A stretch of DNA of 64,000 nt from Candidatus Latescibacterota bacterium (GTDB taxonomy: Bacteria; Latescibacterota; UBA2968; UBA8231), in assembly GCA_965261395.1 (NCBI GenBank), contig OZ253462.1:1248001-1312000 (forward strand). The letters are read 5' to 3'. The translations under genes were made by a program, and so were the position numbers. Positions 11,394-19,408 of the stretch are shown piece after piece (within the stretch, counting starts at the first letter, position 1; each line of letters opens with the position of its first letter). The notes below the pieces were generated by a model that was not told the DNA's origin, did no database searches, and worked only from the letters and a program-made list of their open reading frames with translations.

Positions 11394-11873
11394 ATGGCTG
11401 GACAGTACTGGCTCGTCAAGTGCGAATTCGACGAGTGCTCCTTTGACGAGTTGAAGCAGCGTCCGCAAAGCACGGGCTACTGGCGGGGCGTGCGCAACTA
11501 CCAAGCGCGCAATCTCATCCGCGACAGCATGGACGCGGGGGATCTGGCGTTCTTTTATCACTCCAACTGCGACGAGCCGGGGATCGCCGGAATCGCGAAG
11601 ATCACAAGAGCAGGCTACCCCGACCCCAGCCAATTCGACGACCAGCACCGCTACTACGACGAGAAATCCACCGAGGATGAGCCGCGCTGGTTTTCCTTCG
11701 ACGTGAAGTGGAAGTGCAAATTCAAAAAGTTTGTCCACCTCGCCGACCTCAAGGCCAACGATAAGCTCGCCGACATGCGGGTGGTGCAGCGGGGTCAGCG
11801 GCTCTCGATTCAGCCGGTCGCCGAGCAGGAGTGGAAGGAAGTCTGCAAGATGGGAGGCGTCCGTCCGGCGTGA
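11394..11873 (+). CDS. EVE domain protein
   Basis: YWLVKCE, W.GVRNYQARN, FFYHSNC and RLSIQPV. Confidence 0.93.
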   Translation: MAGQYWLVKCEFDECSFDELKQRPQSTGYWRGVRNYQARNLIRDSMDAGDLAFFYHSNCDEPGIAGIAKITRAGYPDPSQFDDQHRYYDEKSTEDEPRWFSFDVKWKCKFKKFVHLADLKANDKLADMRVVQRGQRLSIQPVAEQEWKEVCKMGGVRPA

Positions 11874-11989
11874 TGATTTATGAATAACTGACGTTACGCA
11901 GTTTTCCAGAAAATTCTCAATTTCGCCCCAATATCTTGGGTCAACAGGCTTCGATAAACCACAAGATAGGGAGCTACTGCGTAAGGTCA

Positions 11990-12133
11990 GTGAATAATTT
12001 GCCCCTCGTCGTCCTAATCGGCGACTCAATCCGCATGGGTTATCAGGACCATGTCGCCAGCCAGTTGGCAGGCCGAGCCGAGGTTTGGGCACCCGAAGAA
12101 AGGTTTAAAAAACAAAGGAAGGGCTCACTATGA
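11990..12133 (+). pseudogene. Truncated duplicate of the 5' end of the SGNH hydrolase gene at 18822
   Basis: Encodes PLVVLIGDSIRMGYQDHVASQLAGRAEVWAPE, identical to the N-terminus of 18822..19406, then diverges. Its stop overlaps the ATG at 12130. Confidence 0.85.
12002..12097 (+). repeat. Left 96-bp direct repeat (island boundary)
   Basis: Matches 18834..18929 with 2 mismatches. Confidence 0.92.
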
Positions 12134-13116
12134 ATCACTTACGTGGGTGGGCTATCGTCGTTGTGTGCGTCAGTCTATTGGGGGGCTGCTCCAACCAGAA
12201 GGCTCGCGAACAGCTCGTCCTAGACGTAGAGCGGCTTGTTTTGGAACACGAACGGTTTGTCCAAGACCTTGAGCGATACCACCAAGAGCGTGAACGGCTT
12301 GAGGAGCGAACGGTTGGGTTGGTTGCTGGTGTCTTTCTATCTGCGTGGCTCACCGATGGCGCGGCGGGACTGACCGGGGAAGCCGAGCAGATTTCCGAAG
12401 ATGCCAAACAGTTCGCCCCGGAAGCCGAGCGACTCTATCAAGAAGGCGAGCGACTGGCGTGGGAATTGAGACGCGCTTACGAAAAGCGCGACTGGTTTGT
12501 GCCAGAAGCCGAGCGACTCACCCAAGAGCGCAACCGGCTTGCCCAAGAATTAGATCAGATGTACCAAACTGTCGATTTGATAGAACAAGAATTCTTGCAG
12601 GCTGCCCAAGCATACACTGACACTTACCAAGAATACGACCAAGCCAAGAAAGCATTCGATCTGTGGAAACAAGAAAACCGGCACCTTGAGCAGACATTCC
12701 GTAAAGCGGAGGAGGACCTAATTCGAGCTTACGAAAAATACAACCAAGCCAAGCAAAACGACGACCAAGCTTGGAACATGTATAACGAATATAAAGATCT
12801 CGGATATAAATGGGGCGACGGTGTTCTCGAAGCAGCTAGCCAATCCTGGGAGCGGACCGGCGAAGCCCGTAAGCGAGCTTCCCAATCTTGGGAGCAGGCC
12901 AGCGAAGTATATCGCCAGGTGTCCGATGGATATTATCCATCCTACGAAGCATTTACACAGACATCTCAAGCCCATACTCAAGCGTCCGAAACTTACGATC
13001 AGATCCGCAAACGGCTTGAAGAAGACTTAGAGCGTGCGTACTTGAACTGGAATTGGCTAGATCCGTACTTGGATCGGCTTGTTCGAGATATGGGCTTACG
13101 CGTACGTGTGGACTGA
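12130..13116 (+). CDS. Coiled-coil lipoprotein, hypothetical
   Basis: Lipobox LLGGC, E/Q/R-rich heptads and an internal repeat F.PEAERL.QE..RLA.EL. Confidence 0.7.
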   Translation: MNHLRGWAIVVVCVSLLGGCSNQKAREQLVLDVERLVLEHERFVQDLERYHQERERLEERTVGLVAGVFLSAWLTDGAAGLTGEAEQISEDAKQFAPEAERLYQEGERLAWELRRAYEKRDWFVPEAERLTQERNRLAQELDQMYQTVDLIEQEFLQAAQAYTDTYQEYDQAKKAFDLWKQENRHLEQTFRKAEEDLIRAYEKYNQAKQNDDQAWNMYNEYKDLGYKWGDGVLEAASQSWERTGEARKRASQSWEQASEVYRQVSDGYYPSYEAFTQTSQAHTQASETYDQIRKRLEEDLERAYLNWNWLDPYLDRLVRDMGLRVRVD

Positions 13117-13274
13117 ATCAGGGGAATTCGTACACACGAAGATTGCAAAGGTCCCCTCGGGTCCTAAATTTCAAACGGAACCACCCAAAAATCTACCCAC
13201 GCATTGCTGAACTGCGAAAAATTCGCGGAATACGGTATCTTTTTGAGCGAGGAATTTACTGAGGAGGCTTGAAC

Positions 13275-13496
13275 ATGGCGACCAGAAGAACTATTTATAA
13301 ATACCACTTCAAGTTGGGTAATAAAATTGTCCACATGGGGATCACTAGGGACATCGATCGCCGCGAGGCCGAGCATCGGCGAAAATCTGGCTGGGGAAGG
13401 GGCCACATTGTGTAGATTGGTAGGCGCACCACCCAAGAAGCTGCGCTGCAGTGGGAAGCGGAACAGCGACGACAGGGCAAGCCCACAGGACCGTAA
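13275..13496 (+). pseudogene. Small GIY-YIG-like protein with an internal TAG
   Basis: RBS GAGGAGG. Translation [63 protein letters not shown]..., with the in-frame TAG at 13413-13415. Confidence 0.65.
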
Positions 13497-13507
13497 TACC
13501 CGAGGAT

Positions 13508-13822
13508 ATGGACATGGATAACCCAATTACACCTGGCGAGATTCTGCTAGAGGAATACCTCAAGCCCATAGGAATTTCGCAGAATGCCATGGCCCGCGCT
13601 ATGGGTGTCGCCCCAGGGGTAATCAATGAAATCGTCCACGATAGACGTTCGATTACTCCTGCGATGTCCATCCGCTTTGGCGCGTTCTTCGGCCAGTCCG
13701 ACGAATTTTGGTACAGGCTCCAAGTCGAGTGCGACTTTCGCAAACTGGCTCACGAAAAGAAGAGGTTTACTGACAGCATCCGCCCAGCTTCGACGCTAGG
13801 CCGGATCAAAGATACGTCGTAA
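13508..13822 (+). CDS. higA: HigA family addiction-module antitoxin (HTH)
   Basis: [29 protein letters not shown]...INEIV...[21 protein letters not shown]. Confidence 0.9.
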   Translation: MDMDNPITPGEILLEEYLKPIGISQNAMARAMGVAPGVINEIVHDRRSITPAMSIRFGAFFGQSDEFWYRLQVECDFRKLAHEKKRFTDSIRPASTLGRIKDTS

Positions 13823-13855
13823 TTAAACTGGGGTTAGGACGCAGAAAGCTGTTAA

Positions 13856-14787
13856 GAAGCCGTCTGAAAACTATATTTTTTCTATTTGATCCGTTTGAGC
13901 AGCAAGTGGATCATAGCAATCTGGATCAAGGCTTCGCTATGGTGGGTCAACACCTCATAATCTCGGGCATGTCGGCGAAAATTCATCAACCACGCAAACG
14001 TGCGCTCGACGACCCAACGGCGTGGTAACACCTCAAAGCCGGGGCCTTGTTTGGCGACGACTTCCAAGTCTATTTTGTGCGTCTTTTTTACGTTAGCCAC
14101 CCACGTTCGGATCGGATCGCCTCGATAGCCGCCATCGCCCCACAGTTTGCGTAACCGGGCTACGCCGGAGGCCCCCAAGCGGGTCAACACCTGCTTGAGG
14201 CCGTCCCGATCCTCTACATCGGCGGCGGTGACCACCACCTGTCTAAGCAAGCCCGAGGTGTCGACCAACAGATGACGCTTGCGCCCCTTGACCTTTTTTC
14301 CGGCGTCATAACCGGTTGTTTTACCATGGGTTGCCGTCTTGATCGTCTGACTATCGACTACGCCAGCCGACGGCGTTGGAGCCCGTCCGTTGAGGCGGCG
14401 TTCCCGCTGGGTGAGTCGATCCAATACCTGCGGCCAGACCCCTTGTAGACTCCAGCGACGAAAGTAATCATACACCGTTTTCCACGGTCCAAAACAAGAA
14501 GGCAACAAAGCCCAAGGACAACCGGTCTTGGTCAGATACAAAAGGCCGTTGACGATCTGGCGTCGATCCCGCGGTGGCCGACCCGGACCGTTCGGCTGCC
14601 ATGTCGAAGCCGGCAGCAACGGTTCGATCCGACGCCATTGCACATCGGTTACATCGGTGGCATATTGCCTACTAGGCGTACTCATCATACGAGCCTTTCT
14701 GTTCAGATTTTGTCGCGAAACCTGAATATGGCTCGATGAGTACGCCGATTCAAATACCGGCTACAGCAAGGGTTTTCAGACGGCTTC
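13856..14787 (-). mobile_element. IS5 family (IS1031 group) insertion sequence, 932 bp
   Basis: Perfect 16-bp terminal IRs GAAGCCGTCTGAAAAC (13856-13871 and 14772-14787), flanked by a TAA target duplication (13853-13855 and 14788-14790). Confidence 0.93.
13882..14688 (-). CDS. IS5 family DDE transposase
   Basis: Y.TDVTD.QW, TGCPW..LP..FGPWKTVY, VDSQTIK, GYDAGKKVKGRKRH..VDT, DGGY and RWVVERTFAW. Confidence 0.95.
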   Translation of the reverse strand: MMSTPSRQYATDVTDVQWRRIEPLLPASTWQPNGPGRPPRDRRQIVNGLLYLTKTGCPWALLPSCFGPWKTVYDYFRRWSLQGVWPQVLDRLTQRERRLNGRAPTPSAGVVDSQTIKTATHGKTTGYDAGKKVKGRKRHLLVDTSGLLRQVVVTAADVEDRDGLKQVLTRLGASGVARLRKLWGDGGYRGDPIRTWVANVKKTHKIDLEVVAKQGPGFEVLPRRWVVERTFAWLMNFRRHARDYEVLTHHSEALIQIAMIHLLLKRIK

Positions 14788-14826
14788 TAAGGAATAGCTG
14801 AAAAACGCGGCGGTATAGGAAAGAGA

Positions 14827-17361
14827 ATGAGCGAACCATTAAAAATATTCATTACTTATTCGCATAAGGATACAAAGGCTATGGAAGAATTGCGAATACG
14901 CCTTGCTGTAATGGAACAACAAGGCAAAATAACACTTTGGGATGATAATAAAATTCTTCCAGGCGACGAATGGTATAAAGATATTTCCGACAACCTTGCC
15001 GATTCGGATGTTCTGCTCTACCTCGTCTCCGCTTGGAGTCTTGCCTCTAAAAACTGCAACAAAGAATTGGGCGATGCGTTAGACTCTAAGATAAGAGTCA
15101 TCCCCATTATCCTTGAGAGTTGCGATTGGCAAAATCATCGACTAAGCGGATACGAAGTCCTGCCTGATAAAGGCAAGCCTATTAACGAATGGACGCCTAA
15201 GAGCAAAGCCTGGCAAAATGTGGTAGAGGGTGTCCAAAAAGTGATTGATAAAATGCAAACTCAGATATCTGATAGTGCCCAAAAAGAAGCATTACCTAAG
15301 TGGGCATTTCTACAGGGTAACTTTCTGATAACGATAGGGCAAATTGACAGGGCGATAGAAGCCTACTCACATGTGATTGAGTTTGATTCAAATAGTGCCG
15401 TGGCATATGGTAATCGCGGTGTTGCTTACGACATCAAAGGTTATGCTGACCAGGCCATCGCAGACTTGAATAAGGCGATAGAGCTGAAGTCGGATGATGC
15501 CGTGGCCTACTACAATCGCGGCATCGTTTACCAAGGTAAAGAAGATATTGACAGTGCTATCGAAGACTATACTAAAGCGATAGAGATGAGTTTGGATTAC
15601 GCCGTGGCCTATTATAACCGTGGCAACGCTTACCACATGAAAGGCGCGTATGATCATGCTATCGAAGATTACAGCCAAGCAATAGAATTGAAGCCAAATT
15701 ATGTCGAAGCCTATAGCAATCGCGGCACCGTTTACCGTAGTAAAGGCGCGTATGATCGCGCTATTGCAGATTATACCAAAGTGATAGAACTAAACCCAAA
15801 TCTTGCTAAAGCCTATTACAATCGCGGCGTTGCTTACGGTATTAAAGGTGATTTTGACCACGCTATCGAAGATTGCAGCCAAGCGATAGCGCTGAGACCA
15901 GATTATGACGAAGCCTATAGTAATCGCGGCAACGCTTACCACATGAAAGGCGCGTATGATCGTGCTATTGCAGATTATACCAAAGCGGTAGAACTAAACC
16001 CAAGTGGTGCTGTGGCTTATTACAATCGCGGCATCGTTTACCGTAGTAAAGGCGCGTATGATCGTGCTATTGCAGATTATACCAAAGTGATAGAACTAAA
16101 CCCAAATCTTGCTAAAGCCTATTTTAATCGTGGTACGTGTTGGCTATATTTGCAAAACTGGCAAGAAGCCAAATCAGATCTGATAATTGCCAAGAGAATA
16201 GGTACGGATATTATCATGGAATTTCGTGACTATTACAGAAACATTAAGGCATTTGAAAGGAGGAGTGGTATCCAGTTGCCGAAAGACATTGCGGCCATGC
16301 TGACACAACGGCGACGGAGCCGTTTTCCCAAGACGGAAAAATTCTTGGATGCCGATGGCAGGTCCCTTGAATCGTCTGATGTAGTGAATTTGCGCGAGAG
16401 ACTCCGCAACGCCGGCATTCCTTTGGCACAATACGTCAAGACGAGGTCCTATTTTGGCATTAGGACAGGTAAGGACGAAGCGTTTGTCGTAGATAGCGCG
16501 ACGCGGGATGAACTCATTGTAGAGCATCCTTCATCCGCTGATATTTTGAAGCCGTTTTTGCACGGGCGCGGCATAAGACGCTGGCAAGTAGAAGCACAGG
16601 GTTTGTGGTTGATATTTGCCTACCGAGGAATAGAGATGAATAGTTATCCCGCTATCCAGAAACACTTAGAAAAATACAGGGATTCCCTGAGCAAAAGGGC
16701 AGGTAAACAGAAATGGTGCGAACTACAAGCAACCCTCAGCGACTCTAAGCGTTCTACGCAAACGAAGCTTGTCTGTCCAAATCTCTACAACCACCAGACC
16801 TTCGCCATTGAGACTGATGGTTTTTACTGTGGTCATACATGCTACATCATCCCGACAGAGGAAACGTGGTTATGTGGTGTTCTCAATTCCCGCGTCGTGG
16901 AGTGGTTTTATTCACAGGTGTCGAATCAATTAACAGGTGATGAACTTCGGGCACTCAGTGGCTATATGCAGCAGATTCCTATTCCTAATGTTACGTCAAC
17001 GCAGAAGGGGCTGATCGGCAAGATCGTCGATTACCTCGTCTATCTCCAGAAACAGCCAACTACAAATAGCAAGGACTTGGCATACGCCCGTGATTACGTA
17101 ATGCTCAAATATTTTGAGCGTATAATCGACGGACTGGTTTATGAGTCCTATCTGTCTGAGGAACTTCATCAGGGTGGCAAACATTTTTTCAACCCGTTGT
17201 TGGACGAACAGTTGCCTCAACCTGAAGAGATTCAGGGTGATAAAATGTCTGCGTTTCGGGATATATTTGAGCACCTGTATGAAAAAACGCATCCGGTTCG
17301 GAAGAACCTCTTCTTTCTCGATAGTTTGAAACCTATCCGCATCATTGAGGGCAAAGTATGA
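14827..17361 (+). CDS. TIR domain - TPR array - TaqI-like methylase C-terminal (target recognition) domain fusion
   Basis: N-terminal FITYSHKD...WDD.KI.PGDEW...CNKEL (TIR_2). About 8-9 AYxNRG TPRs follow. The C-terminus GIRTGKDEAFVV..ILKPFLHGRGIRRW..WLI..KWCELQ..KLV.P..CYII..LCGVLNS..QIPIP resembles type IIG/TaqI-type methylase C-termini. Confidence 0.8.
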   Translation: MSEPLKIFITYSHKDTKAMEELRIRLAVMEQQGKITLWDDNKILPGDEWYKDISDNLADSDVLLYLVSAWSLASKNCNKELGDALDSKIRVIPIILESCDWQNHRLSGYEVLPDKGKPINEWTPKSKAWQNVVEGVQKVIDKMQTQISDSAQKEALPKWAFLQGNFLITIGQIDRAIEAYSHVIEFDSNSAVAYGNRGVAYDIKGYADQAIADLNKAIELKSDDAVAYYNRGIVYQGKEDIDSAIEDYTKAIEMSLDYAVAYYNRGNAYHMKGAYDHAIEDYSQAIELKPNYVEAYSNRGTVYRSKGAYDRAIADYTKVIELNPNLAKAYYNRGVAYGIKGDFDHAIEDCSQAIALRPDYDEAYSNRGNAYHMKGAYDRAIADYTKAVELNPSGAVAYYNRGIVYRSKGAYDRAIADYTKVIELNPNLAKAYFNRGTCWLYLQNWQEAKSDLIIAKRIGTDIIMEFRDYYRNIKAFERRSGIQLPKDIAAMLTQRRRSRFPKTEKFLDADGRSLESSDVVNLRERLRNAGIPLAQYVKTRSYFGIRTGKDEAFVVDSATRDELIVEHPSSADILKPFLHGRGIRRWQVEAQGLWLIFAYRGIEMNSYPAIQKHLEKYRDSLSKRAGKQKWCELQATLSDSKRSTQTKLVCPNLYNHQTFAIETDGFYCGHTCYIIPTEETWLCGVLNSRVVEWFYSQVSNQLTGDELRALSGYMQQIPIPNVTSTQKGLIGKIVDYLVYLQKQPTTNSKDLAYARDYVMLKYFERIIDGLVYESYLSEELHQGGKHFFNPLLDEQLPQPEEIQGDKMSAFRDIFEHLYEKTHPVRKNLFFLDSLKPIRIIEGKV

Positions 17362-18788
17362 GAATCACCAAAATTGAGATTAAAAACTTCAGAGCCTTTC
17401 GTGGAACCTTAATCAATTTAAAGAAAGGGGAAAATCTGCTGATCCATGGCGAAAATGGAAGCGGAAAATCATCGTTATACCTCGCACTAAAATTTTTTCT
17501 TGAATCTGGTGAAGATGATTCCTATATGTCTAAAAGTCATCAGAACATTTTTACCGAGGGAGATGATCGATACATCAAACTGCATCTCCGTACAGACCAA
17601 CAGTCAGAGGAGGACATTTACGAATGGTCACAGAGTGCTAAGGAGGCAAATAACTCTTTGATTATTGAAGCATCAAAAACAAAAGGTTTTCTCGACTATA
17701 AGGCACTTCTGGAAACACACTATGTCCATCGCGAAAGCGATACTGTGAATGTATTCGAGTTGCTGATTAAAAATCTATTGGCAAATACTGTCAGCGTTAT
17801 AACAGGTCGAAGCCTTGCCGAAGACTGGGATGATATACAGCCACAGTCTCCACACCCAAATGCAATAGACCAAATTGCAATTCTTGAGGAACAGATAGAG
17901 AATTTTAATCAAGAATTAGCAAGTAGATTAAAAGAATTACAAAAAAAGGCATCTAAAATCCTCGACAAATTTGGGTACCATGTTGATCTTGAATTCGGCT
18001 TCCATAGGATTACATACAATCGCGAAAAAAAGATACTTGACGGTAAGCAGATTCTCTTGAAAATCAAATTCTTTGGAAGAGAGATTCTCATACATCAAAA
18101 CTTCCTAAACGAGGCAAAACTATCGGCGATCGCTATTTCTATCTACTTTTCGTCAATTCTGCTCCAGCCAGATAGCGAGTTGAAGATTCTCGCACTAGAT
18201 GACGTATTGATTGGCTTGGATATGTCAAATCGTATGCCAGTAATCGACATTCTAAAAGAATACTTCTCAGATTATCAGATATTCTTTATGACTTATGATC
18301 GTGCTTGGTATGAAATTGTCAAACAACGGACAGCGGATAGCGAATGGAAATACGCTGAATTCTACTTGAAAACTGACGAATACGAGATTCCGATCTATGT
18401 AGAAGATCGAGCGTATCTCGAAAAGGCGAAAGAGTATTTCAACATCAACGACTACAAAGCCTGTGCAATTTATCTTCGCACAGCCTTTGAAGTAGCGATC
18501 AAGAGATTCTGTGATAAGAAGAATCTCAAAGTCAGATACCGCGAAAATCCGAAAGACCTGACAAGCGACGATTTCTGGCAGGCAATAAAAGGAGAAAAGA
18601 CGAGAAATGGAGATCCCTTATTGGAACAGATACTCACTGACGAGATCGAACTGTACCGAAGTATTATCCTAAACCCGCTTAGCCACTCTCGCATTGTCTC
18701 CGTCGTCAAGAAAGAGATTTCCGAGGCAATAGAAGCAGTGGAAAATCTCGAAGTTAAGTTGGAGAAGTTAAGAAATACAAAGATATGA
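17358..18788 (+). CDS. ABC/SMC-type ATPase with C-terminal HEPN-like domain (RloC-like)
   Basis: IEIKNFRAF, Walker A GENGSGKS, signature variant FLNEA, Walker B ILALDD-VLIGLD and TYD. The C-terminus has YLRTAFE...RSIILNPLSH. ATGA overlap with the upstream gene. Confidence 0.8.
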   Translation: MRITKIEIKNFRAFRGTLINLKKGENLLIHGENGSGKSSLYLALKFFLESGEDDSYMSKSHQNIFTEGDDRYIKLHLRTDQQSEEDIYEWSQSAKEANNSLIIEASKTKGFLDYKALLETHYVHRESDTVNVFELLIKNLLANTVSVITGRSLAEDWDDIQPQSPHPNAIDQIAILEEQIENFNQELASRLKELQKKASKILDKFGYHVDLEFGFHRITYNREKKILDGKQILLKIKFFGREILIHQNFLNEAKLSAIAISIYFSSILLQPDSELKILALDDVLIGLDMSNRMPVIDILKEYFSDYQIFFMTYDRAWYEIVKQRTADSEWKYAEFYLKTDEYEIPIYVEDRAYLEKAKEYFNINDYKACAIYLRTAFEVAIKRFCDKKNLKVRYRENPKDLTSDDFWQAIKGEKTRNGDPLLEQILTDEIELYRSIILNPLSHSRIVSVVKKEISEAIEAVENLEVKLEKLRNTKI

Positions 18789-18821
18789 TTATGACGTTGC
18801 CTCGTCACTAGAGATTGCTCT

Positions 18822-19406
18822 ATGGCTAATACACCCCTCGTCGTCCTAATCGGCGACTCAATCCGCATGGGTTATCAAGACCATGTCGCCAGCCAGTTGG
18901 CAGGCCGAGCCGAGGTCTGGGCACCCGAACCAAACGGCGGCGATAGCCGCAATGTCCTCGCACATCTGGACCAGTGGGCTCTCGTACGCCAGCCGGATTT
19001 GGTACACGTCAATTGTGGGCTGCACGATTTGAAAAGGGCCTTTGGCGCAGAATCCGAGGTCTCTTTGGCCGAATACGAGCGCAACGTGCGCCAGATACTA
19101 CAAAGGCTGCAACGCGAATTAAACGGGGCCGTCGTCTGGGCCACCACCACGCCGGTGGACGAGACTTGGCACCACCAGAATAAGGGCTTCGACCGCCTAG
19201 AGGCCGATGTAGAAGCCTACAACGCGGCTGCCCGCGCCGTGGCGGAGGATTTGGGCGTGCCGATTGACGACCTCTTTGCCGTTGTCCAACGTGCAGGGAA
19301 GGCGCGGCTTTTGACCCAAGACGGGGTGCATTTTACCGCAGAGGGATCGCAGCTATTGGGACGGGCGGTGGCCGAGTGCATCTGGGAGCATCTGTCAAAC
19401 CGCTAA
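18822..19406 (+). CDS. SGNH/GDSL hydrolase
   Basis: IGDSI, NCGLHD and DGVHF. Confidence 0.92.
   Translation: MANTPLVVLIGDSIRMGYQDHVASQLAGRAEVWAPEPNGGDSRNVLAHLDQWALVRQPDLVHVNCGLHDLKRAFGAESEVSLAEYERNVRQILQRLQRELNGAVVWATTTPVDETWHHQNKGFDRLEADVEAYNAAARAVAEDLGVPIDDLFAVVQRAGKARLLTQDGVHFTAEGSQLLGRAVAECIWEHLSNR
18834..18929 (+). repeat. Right 96-bp direct repeat (within the SGNH gene 5' end)
   Basis: Matches 12002..12097. Confidence 0.92.
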
Positions 19407-19408
19407 CT

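Larger units (their letters stand above)
12002..18929. mobile_element. Genomic island bounded by direct repeats (no integrase seen)
   Basis: Flanked by the 96-bp repeat. Cargo is visibly AT-richer than the backbone and includes an IS, an antitoxin and defence-like genes. Confidence 0.7.

Noticed and set aside
11394-11873. EVE protein as part of the defence island
   Set aside because: It lies outside the direct repeat, has backbone-like composition and looks like the common stand-alone EVE type.
13413-13415. TAG recoding (pyrrolysine or alternative genetic code)
   Set aside because: TAG is used as a normal stop in neighbouring genes (e.g. those ending at 3479 and 8455), so a single nonsense mutation is simpler.
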